Origin: Candidatus Sysuimicrobiota bacterium
GTDB taxonomy: Bacteria > Sysuimicrobiota > Sysuimicrobiia > Sysuimicrobiales > Sysuimicrobiaceae
Length of the DNA: 64,000 nt
Assembly (NCBI GenBank): GCA_040289515.1
Contig: PSLI01000001.1
Span: forward strand, 1 to 64,000
Direction: 5' to 3'
Positions 36,517 through 47,530 of the stretch are shown in pieces. Below the pieces are notes generated by a model. The model had not been told where the DNA came from. It saw only the letters and a list, made by a program, of their open reading frames with translations, and did no database searches. Position 1 is the stretch's first letter; every line of letters begins with the position of its first letter. Both the position numbers and the translations under genes were made by a program.

Positions 36517-37859
36517 GCGGGGTGTGGTCGTACACGCAGGCCCTGGACTGGCTGGAGGGCCTGCTGAACTACGAGCGGTCTGCAGTACCGTATGCGCAGA
36601 TCAAGCTGCAGCGGATCCAGGCCCTCCTGCAGCGGCTGGGCAACCCGCAGGACCGGCTGCGCTCAGCGCTGGTGGCGGGGACGAAGGGGAAGGGCTCCAC
36701 CGCGGCCATACTGGTGTCCATCCTGCAGGCGCACGGACAACGGGTGGGCTTCTACTCCAAGCCGCACCTGGAGCACTACCGAGAGCGGATCCGCATCAAC
36801 GACGCCCTGGTGTCCCCGGACCAGCTGGCACGGCTGGTCCAGGACACAGTGCCCGCGGTGGAGGTGGGTGCGGAGGACCCGTGGGGCAAGCCTACTTACT
36901 TTGAGGTATCCGTGGCCCTGGCGCTGCGCCACTTTGTGGAGGAGCGGGTGCACCGCGCGGTGTTGGAGGTAGGGATCGGGGGTCGGCTGGACGCCACCAA
37001 TGCCTGCCACCCCGAGGTGTCCATCGTCACCCCCATCTCCTACGACCACACGGACGTCCTGGGCAGTACTTTGCAGGAGATCGCGCGGGAGAAAGCGGGG
37101 ATCCTCCGTCCGGGCAGGATTCTGGTGTCCGCACCGCAGCCGCCGGAGGCAGAACGGGTCCTGGAGCAGGCGTGCCGGGAGTTGGGCGTGCGCTGGGTGC
37201 GGGTGGGCCGCGAGGTGCGGTTCCAGGTGGAAGCCAGCGACCTAGGCGGGCTACACCTGTGGGTGCGCACGGACGCTGGGTGGTACGGGAAGCTGCGGCT
37301 GCCCCTTCTGGGACGTCATCAGGCCACCAACGCCGCGGTGGCCGTGGCCGCGGCGGAGGCGTGGCTGACACAGGATGGCGCCCGGCTGGACCCGCACGCG
37401 GTGCGGGAGGGCCTGTGGCGGGTCCGGTGGCCGGCCCGGCAGGAGCTGCTGGCCGAGCGGCCGTGGGTGCTGGTGGACGTGGCCCACAACCCCGCTTCCA
37501 TGGCGGCCCTGCGTGCCACGTTGGAGGAACTGTTCGGCGACCGGCGCGTGGTGGTGGTGGTGGGCATGGTGCGGGGCCACGAGGTCCGGCAGACCCTGTG
37601 GGAGCTGCTGCCCGTGGCGGACGAGCTGGTGGCCACGACGCCGGACCACGTGCGGGCAGTCCCCGCCAGCGAGCTGGCCGAGGTGGTGGCGGAGGCTCGG
37701 TCACAGGTCCACGTGGTGGAGCCCTGCGAGGAGGCCGTGGCGTGGGCCCTGGGCCGCTGCGGGGCGGAGGACGTGCTGGTGATCACCGGCTCCTTCTTCG
37801 TGGCCGGCCCCGCACGGCGTGCCTTGCTGGCGCGAGCGCAGCCCGCGCCGGTATCCTAG
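36513..37859 (+). CDS. folC: Folylpolyglutamate/dihydrofolate synthase
   Basis: [51 protein letters not shown]. Confidence 0.95.
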   Translation: MSGVWSYTQALDWLEGLLNYERSAVPYAQIKLQRIQALLQRLGNPQDRLRSALVAGTKGKGSTAAILVSILQAHGQRVGFYSKPHLEHYRERIRINDALVSPDQLARLVQDTVPAVEVGAEDPWGKPTYFEVSVALALRHFVEERVHRAVLEVGIGGRLDATNACHPEVSIVTPISYDHTDVLGSTLQEIAREKAGILRPGRILVSAPQPPEAERVLEQACRELGVRWVRVGREVRFQVEASDLGGLHLWVRTDAGWYGKLRLPLLGRHQATNAAVAVAAAEAWLTQDGARLDPHAVREGLWRVRWPARQELLAERPWVLVDVAHNPASMAALRATLEELFGDRRVVVVVGMVRGHEVRQTLWELLPVADELVATTPDHVRAVPASELAEVVAEARSQVHVVEPCEEAVAWALGRCGAEDVLVITGSFFVAGPARRALLARAQPAPVS

Positions 37860-37881
37860 CGGCGGGTCTGGGGGAGCGCCC

Positions 37882-39486
37882 GTGTGGGCCGATCTCCTGG
37901 TGGAACGGATTTGTGAGCAGCGCACCGCACCCTACGTGGTGAACGACGCGTGGACACCCTCAGGGCCCGCCCACGTGGGGTCCCTGCGGGGCGTGATTCT
38001 GCACGACGCGATCGCCCGGGGGTTGCGGGAGCGCGGGCTTCCCGTGGAGTTCCTGTACGGGTTCGACGACTTCGACCCCCTCGATGGACTCCCTCCTTCC
38101 CTGCCCCGCGAGTTTTACGAACCGCACATGGGTCGTCCTTTGTGCCACGTCCCCTGGCACGGGGAGGACGCCTCCAGCTTCGCGCACCACTTCGCCCGGG
38201 AGTTCGAGTCCACCTTCCGCGCCACCGGATGCGACCCCCGCACCTACCGCACCAGTGAGCTGTACCGCAGCGGGGCCTTCGACCCCGCTCTGCGGCTGGC
38301 CCTGGACCGCGCCGCGGAGATTGTGGCCATCGAGCGGGAGATCACGGGCAGCCGGCGGGCGGAACGGCACCCCGTACAGGTGGTGTGCGAGCAGTGCGGC
38401 CGCATCGGCACCACCGTGGTGCTGGACTGGGACGGCGAACAGGTGACGTACGAGTGCCGGCCGGACAAGGTGACCTGGGCCAAGGGCTGCGGGCACCGGG
38501 GCCGCCGCTCGCCCTTTGGGGGCGGGGCCAAGCTCACGTACCGGACGGAGTGGGCTGCCAAGTGGGCGTTGTTCGGGGTGAAGGTGGAGGGGGCTGGGAA
38601 GGACCACATGACCCGGGGTGGCAGCCACGACACTGCCTCCGTGGTGGCCCGAAGGATCTTCGGGGTGGAGGTCCCCTTCCCCATCCCGTACGAGTTCTTT
38701 CTGGTGGGGGGCAAGAAGATGGCCAGCAGCCGCGGCGGCGTGTCCGCGCGGGAGCTGCTGGAGGTCCTGCGGCCCGAGCTGGTGCGGTTTTTGGTGGTGC
38801 GGGCGTACTACCGGACCGCCATCAACTTCGATCCGAGCGGGGAAACGGTCCCCCGCCTGTACGACGAGTACGACCGGGCCGCGGCGGCGTACTTCGGGGA
38901 GCTGCCCGCCCGGACCCCGGGGGAGGCGCAGGACGTGCGGGACCTGGCCCGCACCTTCCACTACGCGTGGGTGAAACCCACCCCGCCCCGTCCCTTCGTG
39001 CGGCCACGCTTTTCGAAGGTGGCCTTCTGGGTGCAGATGCCCCACGTTCGGGTCGAGGAGCAGGTGGCGAAGGAAAAAGGCGCTGCCCTCACGGAGGCGG
39101 ACCGGGAGGAGCTGCGGGCACGGGTGGAGGACGCCCGGCGGTGGTTGCAGCGGTGGGCGCCGCCACAGTACCGTATCGCGGTCCGGGAAAACCTGCCGCC
39201 GGAGGTCTCAAGGCTCACGCCCGCGCAGCGGGACCTGCTGGCGCACCTTGCGGATCGGTTGGAAGGCGGAGAGCTGGAGGCGGAAGCTATCCAGACCACC
39301 CTGCACGCCCTGAGGGCGGAGCTGGGGCTAAGCGCCCGGGAAGCGTTCGCAGCCGTGTACCTGGCGTTTCTGGGCAAGGAAAGCGGCCCGCAGGCCGGGG
39401 CGCTGCTGGCAGCCCTGGGGCGGGAGTTCGTGTTGCGCCGGCTGCGGGAGGCTTCGGGGCGGCAGCCCGTGCGTCATGTTCCCTAG
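37882..39486 (+). CDS. lysS: Lysine--tRNA ligase, class I
   Basis: TPSGPAHVGS, DDFDPLD, CEQCG Zn motif, EGAGKDH, KMASSRG, GKESGPQAG. Confidence 0.93.
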   Translation: MWADLLVERICEQRTAPYVVNDAWTPSGPAHVGSLRGVILHDAIARGLRERGLPVEFLYGFDDFDPLDGLPPSLPREFYEPHMGRPLCHVPWHGEDASSFAHHFAREFESTFRATGCDPRTYRTSELYRSGAFDPALRLALDRAAEIVAIEREITGSRRAERHPVQVVCEQCGRIGTTVVLDWDGEQVTYECRPDKVTWAKGCGHRGRRSPFGGGAKLTYRTEWAAKWALFGVKVEGAGKDHMTRGGSHDTASVVARRIFGVEVPFPIPYEFFLVGGKKMASSRGGVSARELLEVLRPELVRFLVVRAYYRTAINFDPSGETVPRLYDEYDRAAAAYFGELPARTPGEAQDVRDLARTFHYAWVKPTPPRPFVRPRFSKVAFWVQMPHVRVEEQVAKEKGAALTEADREELRARVEDARRWLQRWAPPQYRIAVRENLPPEVSRLTPAQRDLLAHLADRLEGGELEAEAIQTTLHALRAELGLSAREAFAAVYLAFLGKESGPQAGALLAALGREFVLRRLREASGRQPVRHVP

Positions 39487-40444
39487 CCGCAAGGACCGCG
39501 CTCGACCGGTGACGGTGGTGTGCACCGCCCGGGTACAGCTGCAGCACGTAGAGCAGATCCGCCGCTGCGGTCCGCAGGTGAACGTACGGGCCGTGCGGCG
39601 GGAGGAAGCGGAGCAGCACCTGCCGGACGCGGAGGTGCTGCTCACGTGGGCGGTGCCGGATCCGTGGGTAGAGCGGGCAGTACGCCTGCGGTGGGTGCAC
39701 GTGACCTCTGCGGGGGTGGACCACCTCCTGGGGGGCGCCCTGTGGCGGTCTTCGGTGTGGATCACCAACAGCCGGGGCGTGCACGCGGGCCCGCTGGCCG
39801 AGCACGTGCTGGGCTGGCTGCTGATGTTCGCGCGCAACCTCCACATGCACCTGGAGCACCAGCGCCACCGGCGGTGGCAGCGGGAGGAGGGAGGACAGCT
39901 GACCGGCAGCACGGTGGGCATCCTGGGGCTGGGTGCCGTGGGCCGGGAGGTGGCCAGGCTGTGCAAGGCGTTCGGGGCACGGGTGGTGGGGATGCGGCGG
40001 CGTCCTGACCCGGTGCCGCACGTGGACCGCGTGGTGGGCCCGGGCGGGCTGCGGGACGTACTGGAGGTCTCCGATTACGTGGTGCTGACCCTGCCCCTGG
40101 TTCCCTCTACCCGGGGCCTGCTGGGCCCACAGCAGCTAGGCTGGATGAAGCCCCAGGCGGTGTTGGTGAACGTCGGTCGTGGAGGTCTGGTGGACGAGGT
40201 GGCACTCGCGGCCGTCCTCCGGGAGGGCCGGCTGCGGGGAGCAGCCCTGGACACGTTCGCCTCCGAGCCCCTGCCGCCCGACAGCCCCCTGTGGGGTCTG
40301 CCCAACGTCCTCCTTAGCCCCCACGTGGCGGGCAGCTTCCACGGGTACATGGACCGGGTGGTGGAGCTGTTCTGCGACAACCTCCGGCGGTACCTGGAGG
40401 GAGAGTCCCTGCGCAACGTGGTAGATAGGGAGACGGGATACTGA
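39476..40444 (+). CDS. D-2-hydroxyacid dehydrogenase family protein
   Basis: SAGVDH, GLGAVG, NVGRG, ALDTF..EPLP, SPHVAG. Confidence 0.92.
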   Translation: MFPSRKDRARPVTVVCTARVQLQHVEQIRRCGPQVNVRAVRREEAEQHLPDAEVLLTWAVPDPWVERAVRLRWVHVTSAGVDHLLGGALWRSSVWITNSRGVHAGPLAEHVLGWLLMFARNLHMHLEHQRHRRWQREEGGQLTGSTVGILGLGAVGREVARLCKAFGARVVGMRRRPDPVPHVDRVVGPGGLRDVLEVSDYVVLTLPLVPSTRGLLGPQQLGWMKPQAVLVNVGRGGLVDEVALAAVLREGRLRGAALDTFASEPLPPDSPLWGLPNVLLSPHVAGSFHGYMDRVVELFCDNLRRYLEGESLRNVVDRETGY

Positions 40445-40460
40445 TGCGGGAGGGCCCGAG

Positions 40461-42533
40461 GTGAAAACCTACCCGGTAGAGCGCATCCGCAACGTGGCGG
40501 TGGTGGGGCACGGGGGCGTGGGCAAGACCAGCCTGGTGGAAGCGCTGCTGTTCTGCGCGGGTGCCACGGAGCGCCTGGGACGGGTGGAGGACGGCACGGC
40601 CACCACGGACTTCGACCCCGAGGAGGTGCGCCGCAAGATGACCATCAACGCGGCCACCGCGCCCCTGGAATGGAGGGACCACAAGATCAACCTCGTCGAC
40701 ACCCCGGGGTACCCCGACTTCGTGGGGGAGGCGTACGCGGCCCTGCGGGTGACGGACGTGGCCCTGTTCGTGGTGGACGCTCTGAGCGCGGTGCAGGTGC
40801 AGATGGAGAAGCTGTGGAAGGTGGCCGACCAGCGGGCCCTGCCGCGCCTGGTGGTGGTGAACCGGCTGGACCGCGAAAACGCCCAGTTCTCCCAGACAGT
40901 GGCGGCCCTGCAGGCGCGCTTCGGAACCCACCTGGTCCCCCTGCAGGTACCCCTGATCTCGGAGGGGGCCGTAAAGGGCGTGGTGGACCTGGTGTCCCTG
41001 CGGGCCTTCGCGTACCGGGATGCACGGGGCACGGAGGTGGCCCTCCCGGAGCAGGCACGGGAGGAGGCTCAACGATGGCAAGAGGCGCTGGCAGAACGGG
41101 CCGCGGAGTCCGACGATGCCCTGCTGGAGAAGTACCTGGAGTCGGGGGAGTTAGAAGAGGAGGACCTGCGGCGCGGGCTGCGGGCCGGGGTAACCTCGGG
41201 GAGGATCGTGCCGGTCCTGTGCGCGGTGGCCATACAGGCGTTGGGGGCGCGGGAAGTGCTGCAAGCGCTGGTGGACCTTGCCCCCGGCCCTGCGGAGCGT
41301 CCCCCGGAGGTGTCCCTGGAGGGGCAGTCCCTAGCGGCGGACCCTTCGGGTCCCCTTGCGGCCCTGGTGTTCAAGACCATGGCGGATCCGTACGTGGGTC
41401 GGCTGTCGTACTTCCGCGTGTACTCGGGCACCCTGCGGTCGGACTCGCAGGTGTACAACGCCACCAAGGAGCGCACGGAGCGGGTGGGCCAGCTGTATGT
41501 CCTGCGGGGTAAGCAGCAGATCCCCGTCCCGGAGGTCGTGGCGGGTGACCTGGGGGCGGTGGCGAAGCTCAGCGAGACCCAGACCAACAACACCCTGTGC
41601 ACCAAAGAGCACCCCCTCCGGCTGCGGCCCATCGAGTTCCCCAAGCCGGCCATCGCCATGACGGTGGAGCCCAAGAGCAAGCAGGACGAGGACAAACTGG
41701 GCCAGGCCCTGGCGCGGCTGGCGGAGGAGGATCCGACCCTGCACGTGGAGCACGACCCGGAATCCAAGAAGACGGTCCTGTCGGGGTTGGGGGAGTCGCA
41801 CCTGGAGATCGTGGCAGACCGCCTGCGGCGGAAGTTCCACGTAGAGGTACAGCTGGGCCAACCCCACGTGCCTTACCGGGAGACCATCCGCCGGAAGGCT
41901 ACCGCGGAGGGACGGTACGTGAAGCAGACAGGCGGCCGCGGACAGTACGGGGTGTGCACCATTGAGATTGAGCCCCTTCCCCGGGGAGCGGGCTACGAGT
42001 TCGTGGACAAGATCTTCGGGGGTGCCATCCCCCAGCAGTTCCGCCCCTCCGTGGACAAGGGTGTCCGTAAGGCCATGGAGGAAGGGGTGCTGGCGGGCTA
42101 CCCGGTGGTGGACGTGCGGGTCACCCTTCTCGACGGCAAAACGCACCCCGTGGATTCTTCCGACATCGCCTTCCAGATCGCGGGTTCTTTGGCCTTCAAG
42201 AAGGCCGCGGAGCAGGCGGGCATGGTGCTGTTGGAACCCATCATGAACGTGTCGGTGACGGTTCCCGACGATCTGGTGGGCGACGTGATGGGCGACCTCA
42301 ACGGCAAGCGGGGGCGGATCCAGGGGATGGAGTCCAACGGGGACGGCACCACCACCGTGCGGGCCCAGGTGCCGATGGCGGAGATGCTGCGGTATGCTAG
42401 CGACCTGCGGTCCATCACCGGGGGGCGCGGCTTTTTCGAGATGAGCTTCTCCCACTACGAAGAGGTACCCGCCCACATCGCGCAGAAGGTGACCGAGGAG
42501 GCTGCCCAACGGCGGCAGGCGGCCGAGGCCTAG
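40461..42533 (+). CDS. fusA2: Elongation factor G paralogue (EF-G2)
   Basis: Full EF-G domain set with non-canonical motifs GHGGVGKT, RKMTI, DTPGY, NRLD. Not in a str operon. Confidence 0.9.
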   Translation: MKTYPVERIRNVAVVGHGGVGKTSLVEALLFCAGATERLGRVEDGTATTDFDPEEVRRKMTINAATAPLEWRDHKINLVDTPGYPDFVGEAYAALRVTDVALFVVDALSAVQVQMEKLWKVADQRALPRLVVVNRLDRENAQFSQTVAALQARFGTHLVPLQVPLISEGAVKGVVDLVSLRAFAYRDARGTEVALPEQAREEAQRWQEALAERAAESDDALLEKYLESGELEEEDLRRGLRAGVTSGRIVPVLCAVAIQALGAREVLQALVDLAPGPAERPPEVSLEGQSLAADPSGPLAALVFKTMADPYVGRLSYFRVYSGTLRSDSQVYNATKERTERVGQLYVLRGKQQIPVPEVVAGDLGAVAKLSETQTNNTLCTKEHPLRLRPIEFPKPAIAMTVEPKSKQDEDKLGQALARLAEEDPTLHVEHDPESKKTVLSGLGESHLEIVADRLRRKFHVEVQLGQPHVPYRETIRRKATAEGRYVKQTGGRGQYGVCTIEIEPLPRGAGYEFVDKIFGGAIPQQFRPSVDKGVRKAMEEGVLAGYPVVDVRVTLLDGKTHPVDSSDIAFQIAGSLAFKKAAEQAGMVLLEPIMNVSVTVPDDLVGDVMGDLNGKRGRIQGMESNGDGTTTVRAQVPMAEMLRYASDLRSITGGRGFFEMSFSHYEEVPAHIAQKVTEEAAQRRQAAEA

Positions 42534-42749
42534 CTAGCCGGCCCCTACGGGCTGGGGAAGTGCGTGCGGGATGGGCACCTCCCCATCGTGGGCAGCTGGT
42601 TCGAACAGGGGGATTACGGGCAGCTGGTCCAGGAGTTGCTCCGCCGCCTGTGTGCCCGCGGTCCGCTCGAATCCCTCGATGAAGGCCACGCGAAAGCAGT
42701 CCGGCACCGCCAGGGGAGCCAGGCGGGGGGCACGAAGCGTGCCACCTGA
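42534..42749 (+). pseudogene. Probable degraded DUF4406/nucleoside-deoxyribosyltransferase-like gene relic
   Basis: One frame reads LAGPYG...VRDGHLPIVGSWF...LLRRLCAR, resembling the IAGPY / GHLPVIGEW motifs with deletions. Confidence 0.4.
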
Positions 42750-42768
42750 GGCGGACGGAAACGTCGAG

Positions 42769-42798
42769 TTGCCCAGGCCGGGGGCTCCCTGGTAGAAT
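42769..42798 (+). promoter_or_regulatory. Promoter of rplU-rpmA
   Basis: TTGCCC-18 nt-TAGAAT with extended TG. Confidence 0.6.
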
Positions 42799-42826
42799 CC
42801 GGTGGGTTTCAGCCGGGGGTGGACAC

Positions 42827-43153
42827 GTGTACGCGGTGGTGGAAGCCGGCGGCAAGCAGTTTCGTGTGTGGGAGGGCCAGACCGTACGGGTGGAGCGCAT
42901 CCCGGGCGAGCCAGGCCAGGCGGTGGTGCTGGACCGGGTGCTGCTGGTTTCGGGCGAGCGGACCCTGGTGGGTAGCCCCTGGGTCTCAGGGGCCCGGGTC
43001 GTGGCCCGCATCGTGCAGCAGGGCCGGGGTCGGAAGGTGGTGGTGTTCAAGTACAAGCCCAAGGTGCGCTACCGCCGGAAGCGCGGTCACCGGCAGCCCT
43101 ACACGGAGCTGCGCATCGAGCGTATCGAAGCACCGGTTTTGGGAGGGAGCTGA
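42827..43153 (+). CDS. rplU: 50S ribosomal protein L21
   Basis: [26 protein letters not shown]. Confidence 0.97.
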   Translation: MYAVVEAGGKQFRVWEGQTVRVERIPGEPGQAVVLDRVLLVSGERTLVGSPWVSGARVVARIVQQGRGRKVVVFKYKPKVRYRRKRGHRQPYTELRIERIEAPVLGGS

Positions 43154-43155
43154 GC

Positions 43156-44530
<1,375 letters not shown>

Positions 44531-44532
44531 CC

Positions 44533-45159
44533 ATGGCTCGCATCGGGATCATGGGCGGCACCTTCGACCCCATCCACCTGGGGCACTTGGTCACCGCGGA
44601 GGAGGCGCGCTGGCAGCTGAGGCTGGATCGGGTGATTTTCGTGCCCAACCGCCACCCGCCCCACAAGGACTCCGGGGAGGTCACGGACCCGGAGCACCGC
44701 TTCCGCATGACCTTCCTGGCGACCGCCACGAACCCGTACTTCGACGTGTCCCGGGAGGAGATCGACCGGCCGGGGCCCAGCTACGCCGTGGACACCCTGC
44801 GAGCGTTCCGGGTTCGGTTACAGAGCGCCGAGCTATTTTATATCACGGGCGCGGATGCCATCCACCAGATCCTGCGGGGCGAGTGGCACCGTACGGAGGA
44901 GCTACTCCGGCTGTGCGAGTTCATCGCTGCCAGCCGGCCCGGCTACGTCCTGGACCACCAGGACTGGCAGAACAGCACCATCGGGCGGGAGTACCGACAC
45001 CGCATCCACCTGCTGGAGATCCCGGCCCTCGCCATCTCGTCCACGGACATCCGGCGTCGGGTGCGCCAGGGCAAGCCCGTCCGGTACCTGGTGCCGGAGG
45101 CGGTGGAGCAGTACATCGTCAAGCACGGCCTGTACCGCGAGGCGGGAGGCGCCGGGTAG
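44533..45159 (+). CDS. nadD: Nicotinate-nucleotide adenylyltransferase
   Basis: GGTFDPIHLGH, PPHK, FYITGAD, ISSTDIR. Confidence 0.96.
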   Translation: MARIGIMGGTFDPIHLGHLVTAEEARWQLRLDRVIFVPNRHPPHKDSGEVTDPEHRFRMTFLATATNPYFDVSREEIDRPGPSYAVDTLRAFRVRLQSAELFYITGADAIHQILRGEWHRTEELLRLCEFIAASRPGYVLDHQDWQNSTIGREYRHRIHLLEIPALAISSTDIRRRVRQGKPVRYLVPEAVEQYIVKHGLYREAGGAG

Positions 45160-45162
45160 GGC

Positions 45163-45528
45163 ATGGACGGGTACGACAAGGCCCTGGTGGCGGCCCGGGC
45201 CGCGGAGAAGAAGAAGGCCGCGGACGTGGTGGTGCTGGACCTGCGGGCGTACACCCTGGTGGCGGACTACTTCGTCATCGCCACGGGGCAAAGCGTGGTG
45301 CAGCTGCGGGCCATCGCGGAGGCTGTGGAGGAGGCCATGGACGCCGCGGGCGCGCGCCTGCTGGGGCAGGAGGGAACGCCCCAGAGCCGCTGGGTCCTCA
45401 TGGATTACGGGGACGTGGTGGTGCACCTGCTGGGGCCCGAGGAGCGCGCGTACTACCGGCTGGAGCGGCTATGGGGTCCGGAGCGGTTTCAGCCCGCCAC
45501 CCCGCGCCGGGTGCGCAGCCGTCCTTAG
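45163..45528 (+). CDS. rsfS: Ribosome silencing factor
   Basis: KKAADVVVLD, DYFVIATG, WVLMDYGDVVVH, YYRLERLW. Confidence 0.96.
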   Translation: MDGYDKALVAARAAEKKKAADVVVLDLRAYTLVADYFVIATGQSVVQLRAIAEAVEEAMDAAGARLLGQEGTPQSRWVLMDYGDVVVHLLGPEERAYYRLERLWGPERFQPATPRRVRSRP

Positions 45529-45543
45529 CGGCGGGGGAAACCG

Positions 45544-46407
45544 TTGCGGGTGGAGTTCCGGCCGGCTACCGCGGAGGACACACACCGCCTGGTGGAGCTG
45601 TACGAGCCGGTGCACGCCGGCGGCTACTCTGCGTGCTTCGACAAGTACGGACCCATCGGCCCCCAGGACTTCTGGTGGGTGCAGTCGGAGAAGGACGTGC
45701 ACCTCATGCTGGTCAATGGGCAGCCCGCGGGCTTCGTGGTGCTGGGCCGGGAGGGGCGCCGGCTCCTGGTGGAGGAGGTGGTGGGGGCCGCGGGCCTTGC
45801 GGATGCCGCCCGGGCGGCGGTGCTGCGGCGCATCTGGCAGTTCCTGGCGGACTGTCACCGCGCCGCACGCCAGGAGTCGGTGCTGCTGCGCACGCACGAG
45901 GCGAACCCCCTGGCTCTGGCCCTGGCCCGGCGCGAGGGGTTCACCGTGGTGAACCTTCTGCGCACCGTGGTGCGGCGGGAGCGGGTCCGTACTGCCGACC
46001 CCCCGCCCGGGTACGTGGTCCGGCGCGCCGAGCCCCGGGATGCCGGAGAGATCGCCCGCGTGCACCAGGAGGCGTACGGGGAGCGGATCTCCGAAGCGGA
46101 GCTGAGCCAGCGCATGGCAAAGCCGCACACCCGCACCTTCGTGTGCGAGCGGCAGGGCGTGCGGGTGGGCTACGCCCACGCCGCCTCCCGGGGAGGGATC
46201 GCAGACCTGTGGGTGGCGGTGCGGGAGAACCATCGGCGCAGGGGCGTGGGCACGGCCCTGGCCTCCGCCGCGATGGCCTTCCTGCACACACGGGAGCAGC
46301 CCGCACGACTGAACCACTGGGGCCTGGACGCGGCTGCGGGGGCCCTGGTGCGGCGTCTGGGATTCGTCACGGAACGCGTGCACCTGTACTTCGAGCGCCC
46401 TCTGTAG
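45544..46407 (+). CDS. Tandem GNAT family acetyltransferase
   Basis: Two GNAT-like halves. The second has VRENHRRRGVG and RLGF. Confidence 0.8.
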   Translation: MRVEFRPATAEDTHRLVELYEPVHAGGYSACFDKYGPIGPQDFWWVQSEKDVHLMLVNGQPAGFVVLGREGRRLLVEEVVGAAGLADAARAAVLRRIWQFLADCHRAARQESVLLRTHEANPLALALARREGFTVVNLLRTVVRRERVRTADPPPGYVVRRAEPRDAGEIARVHQEAYGERISEAELSQRMAKPHTRTFVCERQGVRVGYAHAASRGGIADLWVAVRENHRRRGVGTALASAAMAFLHTREQPARLNHWGLDAAAGALVRRLGFVTERVHLYFERPL

Positions 46408-46416
46408 CCGGGCGCG

Positions 46417-46696
46417 TTGACGGAAGTAGGGTCGCTGTGCTACAAACGGTGCGAACTCGGCGAGGAAGGGGCCGGACGGGACTGGCGACCGAAAGCGAGC
46501 CGGCGGCGGGTGCGAAGCCGGCGGGGAGCCGCCCGGACACCCACCCTGGAGCCGCGGGTGCAAGGCCAAAATCGGCCGGAAGCCCGCCGGGGACGCCCGT
46601 TGCCGCGTAGAGAGTGCCGGCGGTCCGGCAACCGGACTGCCGGAAGCAGGGTGGTACCGCGGAGTGCGCCTTCGCCCTTGCGGGCGGAGGCGCTTT
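46417..46696 (+). ncRNA. T-box riboswitch with promoter and terminator; probable Pro (CCC) specifier
   Basis: TTGACG-18-TACAAA promoter. Stem I with GCGAGGAAGGG...CCCTGGAGC base, AG box AGCGAG, GGTGCGA. T-box AAGCAGGGTGGTACCGCG at 46644-46661. Terminator GCGCCTTCGCCC/GGGCGGAGGCGC-TTT. Confidence 0.9.
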
Positions 46697-46714
46697 GCGT
46701 TGAGGTGGACAACG

Positions 46715-47530
46715 GTGGACGGCAGCACGTTTGCCACAGTGGGGTTCGTGGGCGCCGGCAACATGGCGGAGGCCCTCCTCAGCGGCATGCGCGCCGCAGG
46801 CTGGCCTGCGGACCGGATCTGGGCCACGAACCGCTCCAACCGGGCAAGGCTGGACTGGCTGCGGGCCCGGTACGGGGTCCGCACCACCCACAGCAAGGAC
46901 GAGCTGTGCGGGGCCAGCCAGGTGCTAGTGCTGGCGGTCAAACCCAAAGACGTCCCGGAGGCCACCGAGCAGCTGCGCCCCCACGTGCGGCCTGGCCATC
47001 GGCTGGTGTCGGTGGTGGCGGGACTTACCCTGCACTCCCTCGAACGGGCGTTCCCTGGCATCCCTGCGGTGCGGGCCATGCCCAACACTCCCTCCGCGGT
47101 GCGCGAGGGGGTCACTGCCTTCTCCCTGGGCCGGTGGGCCCGGGAGGAGGACGCGCGCCTGGCACGTCAGATGTTCGGTTCGGTGGGTGCGGTGGTGGAG
47201 GTGCCGGAGGAGCGCCTGGACCTCGTGACCGGGCTTTCCGGCAGCGGGCCCGCGTACGTGTTCTTCGTGGTGGAGAGCCTCATCGAGGCGGGCGTGCGGG
47301 CCGGGCTGCCGCCCCAGGTGGCGCGGGACCTGGTGGTGCAGACGGTATTCGGGGCCGCCCGCATGTTGCGGGACACAGGGGAGGATCCGGCGGAGCTGCG
47401 CCGGCGGGTCACCTCGCCCGGCGGGACCACTATAGCGGGGCTGGGGGTCCTGGAGGAGCACGGCGTCCGGGGAGCCCTGGTGGAGGCGGTGCAGCGAGCC
47501 GCGCAGAGGGCCCGCGAACTGGCTTCGTGA
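46715..47530 (+). CDS. proC: Pyrroline-5-carboxylate reductase
   Basis: GFVGAGNMA, LAVKP, RAMPNTP, GLSGSGPAY, VTSPGGTT. Confidence 0.96.
   Translation: MDGSTFATVGFVGAGNMAEALLSGMRAAGWPADRIWATNRSNRARLDWLRARYGVRTTHSKDELCGASQVLVLAVKPKDVPEATEQLRPHVRPGHRLVSVVAGLTLHSLERAFPGIPAVRAMPNTPSAVREGVTAFSLGRWAREEDARLARQMFGSVGAVVEVPEERLDLVTGLSGSGPAYVFFVVESLIEAGVRAGLPPQVARDLVVQTVFGAARMLRDTGEDPAELRRRVTSPGGTTIAGLGVLEEHGVRGALVEAVQRAAQRARELAS

Noticed and set aside
42531..42533. Pyrrolysine or programmed read-through of the fusA2 TAG
   Set aside because: EF-G2 is already full length at the stop and no pyl genes are in the window.
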